DNA of 64,000 bases from Flavobacteriales bacterium (GTDB lineage: Bacteria; Bacteroidota; Bacteroidia; Flavobacteriales_F; PHOS-HE28): positions 79,456 to 143,455 of the forward strand of contig JACJZI010000009.1 of the NCBI GenBank assembly GCA_020635655.1. Direction: 5' to 3'. The translations under genes were made by a program, and so were the position numbers. How positions within the stretch are numbered: position 1 is the first letter of the stretch; the number at the start of each line of letters is the position of its first letter. Shown in pieces: positions 36,311-44,971 of this stretch. Under the pieces are notes generated by a model that was not told where the DNA came from, searched no databases, and was given only the letters and a program-made list of their open reading frames with translations.

Positions 36311-36885
36311 GGGTGTTCGGAACGGGCTTGTTGGACGATCGTGGCGATGAAGTCGGTCTTGCCCTTCGTGTACGCTGCGCGGTCGTTCGGGTAGACCTCG
36401 GAAAGTGTGCGCTTGAGCTTTTCGTAGCGCCGCACATCGGCAGGGTGGGTCCGGAGGTGGTCGCGAAAAAGGACCCGGTCCTCGCTGGCTTCGTCGGGCT
36501 CCACCATATGGATGTGATACGTTCTGGTCCCGTCCGGCCCGCGCTTGATGAACCAGGCGTAGAACGGTGCCTCCTCGCCGATGGTCGGCCGCCAAATGAA
36601 CTCGTAGCCTTCGGCCTCCAGAACAGGCACTACCTCGTCGATCACGCGTTCGTGGCTGTGCACCTCCACCTGGACATCGATGATCGGCTTGGCGCTCAGT
36701 CCGGGCACGGCCGTGCTACCGATGTGGGCGATGCGGATCACCAGATCGGCGGGCAGCGTGCCACGCAGATGGTCCTCCTCTTCCTGATACCGGTCGGGCC
36801 AGGCGGGATCGTACGGCACCAGGTCGATCCGTTCGCGGATGAGCGCGTCGATGCGCTCCCGGGGAACCTGCAGGCGATCCTTCAT
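36307..36885 (-). CDS. GrpB-family protein (UPF0157 nucleotidyltransferase-like)
   Basis: I trimmed the 360-aa track ORF to the ATG at 36885 (ATGA overlap with the fdhD stop). LVPYDPAWPDRY...IAHIGSTAVPGLSAKPIIDV...HIHMV is typical of GrpB. Confidence 0.8.
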   Translation of the reverse strand: MKDRLQVPRERIDALIRERIDLVPYDPAWPDRYQEEEDHLRGTLPADLVIRIAHIGSTAVPGLSAKPIIDVQVEVHSHERVIDEVVPVLEAEGYEFIWRPTIGEEAPFYAWFIKRGPDGTRTYHIHMVEPDEASEDRVLFRDHLRTHPADVRRYEKLKRTLSEVYPNDRAAYTKGKTDFIATIVQQARSEHP

Positions 36886-37730
36886 GCGATCAGGGCCGGG
36901 TCGCCGGAGTAAACGTTGAAGCGGTCGTCGCGGAGAAAGCCGATCAGCAGAAGAAGATTGTCTTTTGCCAACTGAACGGCCAGCGAGCTGGGCGCGCCCA
37001 CGGCGGCCATGGCGGGGATCCCGGCCATCACGCATTTCTGCACGAGTTCGAATCCGGCGCGGCCGCTGACGAGGAGCAGGCGGTCGACCAAAGGCAGATC
37101 GGCAAGTTGCGCAGCGCCGATCACCTTGTCCACGGCGTTGTGCCGGCCGACATCCTCGTGCAGCAGCAGGAGCTTCCCCGCGGGATCGAACAGGGCTGCC
37201 GCGTGGATGCCGCCGGTGTGCTGGAACACGACCTGGGCCTCGCGCATGCGCCGCGGCAGTTCGAGAAGCACAGCACGTGTGATCGTCGGCGGATGCAATT
37301 GCTTTACCGGGCACAAGTTGCGCACGGCTTCCAACGAACCCTTGCCGCAGACCCCGCAGCTGGAGGACACGTAGAAGTTGCGCTGCCAACGCGCCGTATC
37401 CACCTGCACCTCCGGCTTCAGGCTGACGCGCACGACATTCCCCATTTCCTCCGGCTTCACCTGCTGGCAGTGCTCCACGCGAATGATGTCGTCCGTGCCC
37501 GAGAGGATCCCCTCGCTGAGCAGGAAACCGATGGCCAGCTCCCGATCGTCGCCGGGCGTGCGCATGGTGACGGTGATCCGGTCCTCGCGGCGATCATCGA
37601 CAGGACCGTGGTCCAGGCGGATCTCGAGCGGTTCCTCGGTCACCAGCAGGTCCTCGGCCCGTTCGATCGGGCCCTTGCCGGAGCGGGATACCTCAACAGG
37701 TGTGACGGGCGCTTGCATGGTATCGGGCAT
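36882..37730 (-). CDS. fdhD: Formate dehydrogenase accessory sulfurtransferase FdhD
   Basis: 282 aa. [13 protein letters not shown] active-site loop and C-terminal [10 protein letters not shown]. Confidence 0.9.
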   Translation of the reverse strand: MPDTMQAPVTPVEVSRSGKGPIERAEDLLVTEEPLEIRLDHGPVDDRREDRITVTMRTPGDDRELAIGFLLSEGILSGTDDIIRVEHCQQVKPEEMGNVVRVSLKPEVQVDTARWQRNFYVSSSCGVCGKGSLEAVRNLCPVKQLHPPTITRAVLLELPRRMREAQVVFQHTGGIHAAALFDPAGKLLLLHEDVGRHNAVDKVIGAAQLADLPLVDRLLLVSGRAGFELVQKCVMAGIPAMAAVGAPSSLAVQLAKDNLLLLIGFLRDDRFNVYSGDPALIA

Positions 37731-37735
37731 ATCGA

Positions 37736-37999
37736 TCAGGGGAAGAAGCGATAGATCTCCTTCCGGTCCAGAAGTCGTGCGAGCAGGATCGTTCGGTCTT
37801 CCACGAAAAACCCGAGCCGGAACCGACCCATACGAAGCCGATATGCGTCCTTGTGCCCTTTGAGCTTCTTCACTTGTGCCAGGTCCGTCACGTGTTCGAC
37901 CTGTTCCATGGTCGCGATCAGGACGATCAGCTTTCGTTTGACCGCTGCATCGGCCTTTGCAAGGTCCCGCTCGAAGGACCTCAGAAAAAGGACCTCCAT
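37736..37999 (-). CDS. RelE/ParE-family type II toxin
   Basis: 87 aa. KKLKGHKDAYRLRMGRFRLGFFVEDRTILLARLLDRKEIY matches the RelE/ParE core pattern. Confidence 0.8.
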   Translation of the reverse strand: MEVLFLRSFERDLAKADAAVKRKLIVLIATMEQVEHVTDLAQVKKLKGHKDAYRLRMGRFRLGFFVEDRTILLARLLDRKEIYRFFP

Positions 38000-38000
38000 C

Positions 38001-38204
38001 TCAACTCCTGAGCTTCCGCATCACGCGCTTGCTGTCGGCCAGTTTCGTTCGGTCCACTTTCGTCAAAGCAAGCGCCAGACCGGCATCCTCCAACTCCTCT
38101 TCGTCCAGCAGGCGGCCCTCCAGGCCCATCCGTGCGATCAACTGCCGCAGGAGCTCCTCCTCCTTCCGATCCTTGGGGGTGATGATGAAAGCTTTGCGCG
38201 CCAT
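38001..38204 (-). CDS. Putative cognate antitoxin
   Basis: 67-aa acidic ORF ending 1 nt before the toxin start. Assigned from position and size only. Confidence 0.6.
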   Translation of the reverse strand: MARKAFIITPKDRKEEELLRQLIARMGLEGRLLDEEELEDAGLALALTKVDRTKLADSKRVMRKLRS

Positions 38205-38303
38205 ATCGCCAAAGTTACTTCGCCCTTCGCCCGACCGGGGTGATCCAACCCCTATGAATTCATGGTGAATATGGGTGTCGCGAGGGTTTGCCGGGAGGCC
38301 GGA

Positions 38304-38879
38304 TCATCCCTTCGCCTTCCGGAAGCAGCCGTCCATATGGTCGTCCACCATGCCTATCGCCTGCATGTAGGCATAGACGATCGTGGTGCCGACGAACGAG
38401 AAACCGGCCTTCTTCAGCTCCTTGCTCAAGGCATCGCTGATGGGCGTGCTGGCGGGCACCTTCCCCGGGTCCTTCCAGTGGTTCACGATGGTCCTGTGAT
38501 CCACGTACTTCCAGAGGAGGTCATTGAAGGAACCCTTGCCGCCTTCCATGACCTTCAGCCAGGCCTGGGCGTTGCTGATCGCGCTGGCCACCTTGGCGCG
38601 GTTGCGGATGATGCCCTCATCGGACAACAACCGTTCGACATCCTTCCTGCCGTACCGCGCGATCTTCTCCACGTTCCAGTTGTCGAAGGCTTTGCGATAG
38701 CCCTCGCTGCGGTGCAGGATGGTCTTCCAGCTGAGCCCGGCCTGCGCGCCGTCGAGCACCAGCTTCGCATAGAGCTTGCGATCGTCGTGCTCGGGCGTTC
38801 CCCAGATGGTGTCGTGGTACTCGACCATCCGGGGGTCGTCGGCGGGCCAGGGGCAGCGTGTCAACTCCTTCTTCGCCAT
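38304..38879 (-). CDS. tag: DNA-3-methyladenine glycosylase I
   Basis: RCPWPADDPRMVEYHDTIWGTPEHDDRKLYAKLVLDGAQAGLSW is the canonical Tag N-terminus. Confidence 0.92.
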   Translation of the reverse strand: MAKKELTRCPWPADDPRMVEYHDTIWGTPEHDDRKLYAKLVLDGAQAGLSWKTILHRSEGYRKAFDNWNVEKIARYGRKDVERLLSDEGIIRNRAKVASAISNAQAWLKVMEGGKGSFNDLLWKYVDHRTIVNHWKDPGKVPASTPISDALSKELKKAGFSFVGTTIVYAYMQAIGMVDDHMDGCFRKAKG

Positions 38880-38924
38880 GCTGGGTTTTCCGTCAGGGTG
38901 AGGGTCTCAAGGTAACTTGCGGAC

Positions 38925-39920
38925 GTGTCCACGACGCTCACCGACCGTTTCGGCCGCATCCACCGCAGTCTGCGTATCAGCATCGTGGACAAATGCGACC
39001 TGCGTTGCACCTATTGCATGCCGGAGGACCAGCAGTTCCTGAAGCGCGATGAGCTGATGACGCGGGAGGAGATCACGACGATCGCCCGACTGTTCGCGGA
39101 GCGATACGGGGTGAACAAGATCCGGATCACCGGCGGTGAACCGCTCGTTCGCCCGGATGCCGTGGACATCGTGCGCGACCTGCTCCAGCTGCCCGTGAAA
39201 TTGGGGCTGACCACCAACGCGCTCACGCTGCAAAAGCATCTGGAAGGACTGATCGATGCCGGGCTGAAGAGCATCAACATCAGCCTGGACACCTTCGACG
39301 CGGAGCGCTTCAAGAAGATCGCGCGACGGGACGGCTTCGACCGGGTCTGGGCGAACATCCGCATGGCGCTGGACCAAGGCCTGCGCGTGAAGGTGAACAT
39401 GGTGGTGATGCGCGGGGTGAACGACGACGAGGTCCTCCGATTCGTGGAGCTGACGTGCGACCACCCGGTTCACGTGCGCTTCATCGAGTTCATGCCCTTC
39501 GCGGGCAACCACTGGGGAAGGGAACGCGTGTACACCTACGGTGAGATGCTCGGCCAGATCGGCTCGGTGCATTCGTTCGAAAAGCTCGACGACGACCCGC
39601 ACAGCACTGCCAAGGCCTACCGCGTGTCCGACTGGCCCGGCACCTTCGCGGTGATCAGCACGGTGACCGACCCCTTCTGTGCCACCTGCGACCGGCTGCG
39701 TGTCACCGCCGAGGGAAAGATGCGCAACTGCCTGTTCGCCCGCGATGAGACCGACCTGCTCTCCGCCCTCCGCCGTGGCGAGGATATCACGCCGTTGATC
39801 GAAGCGAACGTCCGGGCGAAGCACGCCCTGCTCGGTGGACTACCGCCCTTCAAGCCGGAAAAGCAACAGGAGGTGTTGCACGACCTGAGCGCGCGGCCGA
39901 TGGTGAGCATTGGGGGATGA
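38925..39920 (+). CDS. moaA: GTP 3',8-cyclase MoaA (radical SAM)
   Basis: CDLRCTYCMPE radical-SAM cluster motif and a C-terminal second-cluster Cys motif CATCDRLR. Confidence 0.93.
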   Translation: MSTTLTDRFGRIHRSLRISIVDKCDLRCTYCMPEDQQFLKRDELMTREEITTIARLFAERYGVNKIRITGGEPLVRPDAVDIVRDLLQLPVKLGLTTNALTLQKHLEGLIDAGLKSINISLDTFDAERFKKIARRDGFDRVWANIRMALDQGLRVKVNMVVMRGVNDDEVLRFVELTCDHPVHVRFIEFMPFAGNHWGRERVYTYGEMLGQIGSVHSFEKLDDDPHSTAKAYRVSDWPGTFAVISTVTDPFCATCDRLRVTAEGKMRNCLFARDETDLLSALRRGEDITPLIEANVRAKHALLGGLPPFKPEKQQEVLHDLSARPMVSIGG

Positions 39921-39930
39921 GAAGGACAAT

Positions 39931-39996
39931 GGGAGAAATAAGGGAAATGAGAGAAATAAGGCCAATGAGAGGAATAAGGGAAATAGGGGAAATGAA
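39931..39996. repeat. AT-rich purine-strand array of GAAAT(A/G)AG-type units (left arm)
   Basis: gggagaaataagggaaatgagagaaataaggccaatgagaggaataagggaaataggggaaatgaag. It is an imperfect inverted counterpart of 40417-40474 (shared AAATGAG units and the central aggccaat). Confidence 0.75.
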
Positions 39997-40002
39997 GCTG
40001 CC

Positions 40003-40416
40003 TTAGCGCCTTGAATTGGCGGAACGGATGATGGTGTAGAGCAGGGCCCGCACTTCTTCCACTTCATTCATCAGTCCCTCGGCATTGGGTAGATCAGGTG
40101 CCTCCTGGCAAAGCTTCAACCAGAAGCGGGTCTCGCCGGCCTCCTTTTCAGCCAGACGCATCTTGTGAATGAAGTCGGCTCGGCTGGACGGATGTTGCGC
40201 TTCATGGATGTTCGCGGCTACCGATGTGGCACTGCGAAATAGTTGCCTTGCCAGGTCCACCCAGCCTTCATTGCGGAGTCGCTTGGTGAACGGCACGACA
40301 CGCAAAGCCAACACGAACGACTTCTCCAACACCGGGTTCGGCCGTGATGCAGCATACCCGGCAGCGTCCTCCCCCACCAGCCAATTCCTGATCTCCTCAT
40401 CCATGCCACCCCGCAT
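40003..40416 (-). CDS. Four-helix-bundle protein (23S rRNA intervening-sequence protein / Avd-like family)
   Basis: LARQLFRSATSVAANIHEAQHPSSRADFIHKMRLAEKEAGETRFWLKL is the hallmark of this family. An alternative start is at 40404. Confidence 0.85.
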   Translation of the reverse strand: MRGGMDEEIRNWLVGEDAAGYAASRPNPVLEKSFVLALRVVPFTKRLRNEGWVDLARQLFRSATSVAANIHEAQHPSSRADFIHKMRLAEKEAGETRFWLKLCQEAPDLPNAEGLMNEVEEVRALLYTIIRSANSRR

Positions 40417-40474
40417 TTATCTCATTCCTCTCATTTATCTCATTCATCATATTGGCCTCATTTCCCACATTCCC
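40417..40474. repeat. AT-rich pyrimidine-strand array of CTCATTT-type units (right arm)
   Basis: ttatctcattcctctcatttatctcattcatcatattggcctcatttcccacattccc. The reverse complement shares AAATGAG units and aggccaat with the left arm. Confidence 0.75.
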
Positions 40475-40482
40475 CCGATCGA

Positions 40483-41505
40483 TCAAAGTTCCTGCTCGTA
40501 GTAGATCTTGTAGAACTTCCTTCCCTGCTCGTCCACGCCGCGCTCGATCTTGTTGCGGTCGCCGTGGATGTAGATGTGGAAGTTCTTGTCGAGCTTGAGT
40601 ACGCTCTTGAACACGCGGGCCTGGCGCTTGACCGCATCGGCCGAGATGGTGAAGCCGTCCTCCAGGTCCAGGGCGCGTTCCTCCTGATAGCGGTCACCGA
40701 AGCGTTGGAAGGATTCCACGACCTCGTCGCTCTCGAACACCTCCCGGGCGAAGCTGCCGCGGTCGAACTCGGTGTTGTCCTTGAAGTACTGCACGGACCG
40801 GTTCAGCAGGTCGATCTGGTCGGCCTTGGGGATCTCGTAGTCGTGCGGCAGCTGCTGTGTGATGAAACTCTTGGTCATCTCAAGCACATTGCGCGTGCTG
40901 TTGACATGGTCCTTCTTCGGCCGGGCGTGGATGAACCCGTTGCGCCAGTGTTCCGTCCGAGCTGGATCATCGATGACGAACAGCGTGGGATCATCACCGG
41001 TGAACACCACCAGGCAGGCCAGGTCGGGCCGACGGCTCCCGAGGCCGCGCCGCAGGCGCATGGCGATCTGCGCGTTCCGTGCCTTGCTCTCGAGGAAGAC
41101 CTCCTTGTCCTCGAACTTGTACATGCCGAGGGCCTCGTAGGCCTGGCCGGCCACCTCCACATCGGTGAACTTCACGATGAAAACGTCACCACCGCGCTGG
41201 TCCTGCTCCCGCGTCGCTTTCTCCAGCAACTTCGCGATGCCGATCGAATGGCCGACCAGCTCATCGCCGCCCTCGATCTTGCGGCACAAGGCCTGGAGCG
41301 GGTTCCCCTTCCTGCCTTCCCCCGGATCGAACTCCAGGGTCTGGGCCACGAGCGCGAACGGTTTCAAAAAGAACCGACGGAGGAAGGCCTGTTCCTCGTC
41401 GCCATTGAGCACGGCGCTGTAGTCGTTGAACACGCTCTCCTCCGCTCCGTTGCCGATGTGGTGCACCACCAGTTCGAGCACACGCGCTTCCTTGCCTTGT
41501 ACCAT
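40483..41505 (-). CDS. Nucleoid-associated protein, NdpA/YejK-like
   Basis: 340 aa. The N-terminal LELVVHHIGN motif and overall length fit the 37-kDa nucleoid-associated family seen in Bacteroidota. Confidence 0.65.
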   Translation of the reverse strand: MVQGKEARVLELVVHHIGNGAEESVFNDYSAVLNGDEEQAFLRRFFLKPFALVAQTLEFDPGEGRKGNPLQALCRKIEGGDELVGHSIGIAKLLEKATREQDQRGGDVFIVKFTDVEVAGQAYEALGMYKFEDKEVFLESKARNAQIAMRLRRGLGSRRPDLACLVVFTGDDPTLFVIDDPARTEHWRNGFIHARPKKDHVNSTRNVLEMTKSFITQQLPHDYEIPKADQIDLLNRSVQYFKDNTEFDRGSFAREVFESDEVVESFQRFGDRYQEERALDLEDGFTISADAVKRQARVFKSVLKLDKNFHIYIHGDRNKIERGVDEQGRKFYKIYYEQEL

Positions 41506-41581
41506 GATGGATCGTTGACCCCCGACCGCTCCGGCAGCGGACGCGATGGGGGATGGCGAAAGTAGGCTTTGTGCTGAAGGC

Positions 41582-42499
41582 CTATTGTCCGTGCCGGAAC
41601 GCGTGCTCCTGCACCTTCACCACATGCAATACGAACGGGAAGAGCGCATCCATCGTCTCCTTGGCACCACGCGTGGAGCCCGGCAGGGTGATCACCAGCG
41701 TACGACCGATCATGCCGGCCAGACCGCGGCTCATCATGGCCCACGGTGTGCGTTCCTGTCCGTAGCTGCGCGCGGCCTCCATGATCCCCGGCACCTCACG
41801 GTCCAGGATCGGGGCGATGGCCTCGGGCGTGCGGTCGCGCGGGGAAAGTCCCGTACCGCCCGTGGTGATGATCAGGTCGAGCCCTTGCGAAGCCCAGGCC
41901 TTCACCTGTTCCGCGATCCGCTCGGGTTCATCCGGGACCAACCCGCTCTCCAACACCTCAACGCCCAACCCCTTCAACCGCTCAACGATCGCCACGCCTG
42001 CCTTGTCCTCCTTCTTCCCACTGGATACACTGTCGCTGATCACCAGCACGGCGGCTTTCACGGGCACGTCGAACCGATCGACCCGATCGCTCTTGCCGCC
42101 GCTCTTCTCCACCAACCGGATGCCGGCGATCGCCACGCTCTTGTCGATCGGCTTGAGCATGTCATAGATCGTGAGCGCCGCGATGCTTGCTCCATGCATC
42201 GCTTCCACCTCCACACCGGTGCGATAAATGGTCCGTACGCGCATGGTGATCAACACTTCCTGCTCGGACAGATCGAAGGTGACCTCCGCATGCTCGATCG
42301 GCATGGGATGGCAGTCGGGGATGAGCTCGGCGGTGCGCTTCACTCCCAACAGCGCCGCCACACGAGCGCTCTCGAGCACGTCGCCCTTGGGCACCTTCTT
42401 GCCACGGATCGCGGCGATGGACGCAGGATCGCCCACCGTGACCAGGGCCGTGGCCGTGGCCTCCCGTAGAGTGGTGGGTTTGTGGGTGATGTCGATCAT
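41582..42499 (-). CDS. moaC: Bifunctional MoaC (cPMP synthase) / MoaB-Mog-like domain protein
   Basis: The N-terminal MIDITHKPTTLREATA...VEAMHGASIAALTIYDM is MoaC. The C-terminal VLVISDSVSSGKKEDKAG...IITTGGTGLSPRD is a MoCF-biosynthesis (MoaB/MogA) domain. Confidence 0.88.
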   Translation of the reverse strand: MIDITHKPTTLREATATALVTVGDPASIAAIRGKKVPKGDVLESARVAALLGVKRTAELIPDCHPMPIEHAEVTFDLSEQEVLITMRVRTIYRTGVEVEAMHGASIAALTIYDMLKPIDKSVAIAGIRLVEKSGGKSDRVDRFDVPVKAAVLVISDSVSSGKKEDKAGVAIVERLKGLGVEVLESGLVPDEPERIAEQVKAWASQGLDLIITTGGTGLSPRDRTPEAIAPILDREVPGIMEAARSYGQERTPWAMMSRGLAGMIGRTLVITLPGSTRGAKETMDALFPFVLHVVKVQEHAFRHGQ

Positions 42500-42555
42500 C
42501 GGTCGGTGCGGGCATGAAGGTATCCACCGACATCGGTCGACCTACTGGGTCGACG

Positions 42556-43011
42556 CTACCGGTTCACTTTCCAAGCATGGGTGGAATCCGGGAGGATCTC
42601 CTTTCCGAAGATCGGCAGTTCGGATTTGACACGGTCCACCACCCAGGCGACAGCTTCGCGTGCGGCCTGTCGATGCGGGGCACTGGCAAGGACCATGAAG
42701 CACAGTTCGCCGGTCTTGATCGTGCCCAGGCTATGATGCACATGCAGACAGGTCATCGATGGCCACCTGGCGAAGGCCTCCTCGCGGATGGCGGTCATGC
42801 GTTCGAGGGCCATGTCGCGATAGGCGGTGTACGCGATGGCCTGCACGGGCTTCCCATCGACCTCATCCCCGCGCACCTGTCCCAGGAAGACCTCGTGCGC
42901 GCCGATGTCATGGCGCGTGGCGTGCTTGGCGATGCTCTCCCCCACGAAGTCCGGATCGATCGGGCCCTCCACGAAGATGTCGCGGACCTTATGCTGCTTC
43001 GTGGCGCTCAT
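42556..43011 (-). CDS. moaE: Molybdopterin synthase catalytic subunit MoaE
   Basis: 151 aa. HEVFLGQVR...PHRQAAREA...PIFGKE motifs. ATGA overlap with the moaD stop. Confidence 0.88.
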   Translation of the reverse strand: MSATKQHKVRDIFVEGPIDPDFVGESIAKHATRHDIGAHEVFLGQVRGDEVDGKPVQAIAYTAYRDMALERMTAIREEAFARWPSMTCLHVHHSLGTIKTGELCFMVLASAPHRQAAREAVAWVVDRVKSELPIFGKEILPDSTHAWKVNR

Positions 43012-43232
43012 CCGCCTGCGAAGGGTGGCAGCACGGCGATCTCCTCGCTGCCGGTGAGCGGTATGTCCTCGTGCACGATCCTTCGATCAACGGCGATGGC
43101 GTACATCATCCGGTCGAGGCCTACGATACGACCGGTCAACGCCTGGCGCAGTTCACCCGTGCTGGAGCCCTGCACATCGATCTCCGAAGCTCCGGCCTTT
43201 TCCGCGATCAGTCCGAACAGGAGGACCTTCAT
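43008..43232 (-). CDS. moaD: Molybdopterin synthase sulfur carrier MoaD
   Basis: 74 aa with a ubiquitin-like fold pattern, ending in the diagnostic C-terminal GG (PPFAGG). Confidence 0.85.
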   Translation of the reverse strand: MKVLLFGLIAEKAGASEIDVQGSSTGELRQALTGRIVGLDRMMYAIAVDRRIVHEDIPLTGSEEIAVLPPFAGG

Positions 43233-43235
43233 CCC

Positions 43236-43802
43236 TCAAAGGTCGGAAGGTGCGTTGATGTTGTGGAAGAGGTCCGACGACCACCCCTCCGTTCCGGGCT
43301 CGATGTCCAGGTAGCGTCCTTCCACCAAGGCAAGGGCGTCCGTCATCTTCAACACCTCGTCATCGATGCAACGCTGGAACGTGGGCAGACAGCCGCGGTG
43401 GTAGGCGGCCACAAGAGGTTCCGCGCCGCCGGTGTGCCGGGGCACGACCGCTTCAGCCTCACTTTCCAGTTCGCGCATCACATGCTGCAGCAGGCGGGCA
43501 TCGATGTTCGGCATGTCGCAGGCCAGCAGCAGCACACGATCGTTGCTGGCGTAGCGCAGCGCCGTGACCAGCCCGCCGAGCGGGCCTTTCCCGGGACGTA
43601 CATCGCCGATCACGAACGGACCGACATGATTATACTTCTCCGGGTCACCGATCACCAGGAGTTCCGACACGAGCGGCTCGACCAGGTCCATCGCGCGATC
43701 GAGCAGCGTGCGGCCCTCCAGCTCGATCAAGGCCTTGTCCCGACCCATGCGGCTGCTTTGGCCACCGGCCAGCACCGCGCCCGTCCAGCCGTCGCCATTC
43801 AT
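43236..43802 (-). CDS. mobA: Molybdenum cofactor guanylyltransferase MobA
   Basis: I trimmed to the ATG at 43802 (ATGA overlap with the moeA stop). GAVLAGGQSSRMGRDKALIE nucleotide-binding motif. Confidence 0.88.
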   Translation of the reverse strand: MNGDGWTGAVLAGGQSSRMGRDKALIELEGRTLLDRAMDLVEPLVSELLVIGDPEKYNHVGPFVIGDVRPGKGPLGGLVTALRYASNDRVLLLACDMPNIDARLLQHVMRELESEAEAVVPRHTGGAEPLVAAYHRGCLPTFQRCIDDEVLKMTDALALVEGRYLDIEPGTEGWSSDLFHNINAPSDL

Positions 43803-44971
43803 TGCGTCGGAATGTAGTGGACCTCGACCGGCTCGCCCGCTTCCCACTCCCGCCTGTCCGCCGGCAGGTAAGCGAGGGCGTGCACACCCACGAGCGACCG
43901 CAGCATGTGCGATCCTTCATCGGCCAGCAGCGTTACCTGGCCACCTTCGACGTGTGCCGCCCGGAATTCGGCCCGGCCACCCTTGACCTCGATGCCCTCA
44001 GACAAGGGAAGGAGCTCGCTCTTCGGCCAGGGATCCCGAGCCCCCTGCATGGCCTTGAGCAAGGGAAGTACGTATTCCCAAAAGAGGACCATCACCGCGC
44101 GCGGATTCCCAGGCAGACCGAACACCGGTCTTCCGTCCAGCATGGCGAACAGCATCGGCTTGCCCGGCTTTTGGGCCACGCGATGGATGATGATATCCGC
44201 GCCCAGTTCCTCCAGCACGGAACGCACGATATCGTGATCGCCGACCGAGACGCCGCCCGTGGTCACGACCAGGTCCGCACGGGCCTCCCCGAGCGCGTCC
44301 CGCAACAAATGGCGCTCATCGGCCACGGTCGCGATCCCCACCTCTTCCGCATGAGGCAGGAGGGATGCATGCAGCATGGGCCCATTGCTGTTGAAGATAT
44401 CTCCAGGTCGCGGCGCCTCGCCCTCCTCCACGAACTCATTGCCCGTACACAGGACCAGGACGCTCGGGCGTTCCACGACCTCCAGCTCCTTGATCCCCAC
44501 CGACGCCAGCAGACCGATGGCCGGAGCATCGAGCGGGACTCCCGCGTCATGCACCACTTCACCGGCGCGCATCTGTTCACCTTGACAGCGGACGTTCGCA
44601 CCACACTTCAGCCTGGGATCCTGCAACACGATCCGGTCGCCATCACGTTGGACATGCTCCTGCATGATGACCGTGTCGGCTCCCGCAGGGATGGGTGCTC
44701 CGGTGAAGATCCTCGCGCATTCACCGCCGCCCAGTGCGTGGGTCATGGCATCTCCCGCAGGGATGGCTGCGACCACGCGACGCTCGGCAGGACCCTCGAA
44801 CGCAAGGGCATAGCCGTCCACCGCGCTCATGGCGAAGAGCGGGTGGTCATGAGGTGAAACGATGTCCTCCGGCGAAATGCGGCCGCCCGCAGCCTCCAGG
44901 CGAATGGATCGCAATGGCATGCGCGACGCACAGGCCTTGATCCGTTGCCGCGCCTCCTCCACAGAGATCAC
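43799..44971 (-). CDS. moeA: Molybdopterin molybdotransferase MoeA
   Basis: I trimmed the 626-aa track ORF to the GTG at 44971, which overlaps the TauE stop (GTGA) and gives (M)ISVEEARQRI. MSAVDGYA, TGAPIPAGADTV and TTGGVSVGD motifs. Confidence 0.88.
   Translation of the reverse strand: MISVEEARQRIKACASRMPLRSIRLEAAGGRISPEDIVSPHDHPLFAMSAVDGYALAFEGPAERRVVAAIPAGDAMTHALGGGECARIFTGAPIPAGADTVIMQEHVQRDGDRIVLQDPRLKCGANVRCQGEQMRAGEVVHDAGVPLDAPAIGLLASVGIKELEVVERPSVLVLCTGNEFVEEGEAPRPGDIFNSNGPMLHASLLPHAEEVGIATVADERHLLRDALGEARADLVVTTGGVSVGDHDIVRSVLEELGADIIIHRVAQKPGKPMLFAMLDGRPVFGLPGNPRAVMVLFWEYVLPLLKAMQGARDPWPKSELLPLSEGIEVKGGRAEFRAAHVEGGQVTLLADEGSHMLRSLVGVHALAYLPADRREWEAGEPVEVHYIPTQ

Noticed and set aside
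38880-38924. Possible Moco riboswitch upstream of moaA
   Set aside because: Only about 45 nt separate tag from moaA. That is too short for the ~130-nt Moco RNA motif, and I could not see conserved motif elements.
38907-39824. 305-aa minus-strand ORF
   Set aside because: It is antisense to moaA, which carries the radical-SAM CxxxCxxC motif.
39931-39996. Short-period repeats as a possible CRISPR or minisatellite array
   Set aside because: The units are about 9-10 nt, degenerate and contiguous, with no spacers and no cas genes. An inverted partner array lies on the other side of the gene, so I treat the two as flanking inverted arms.
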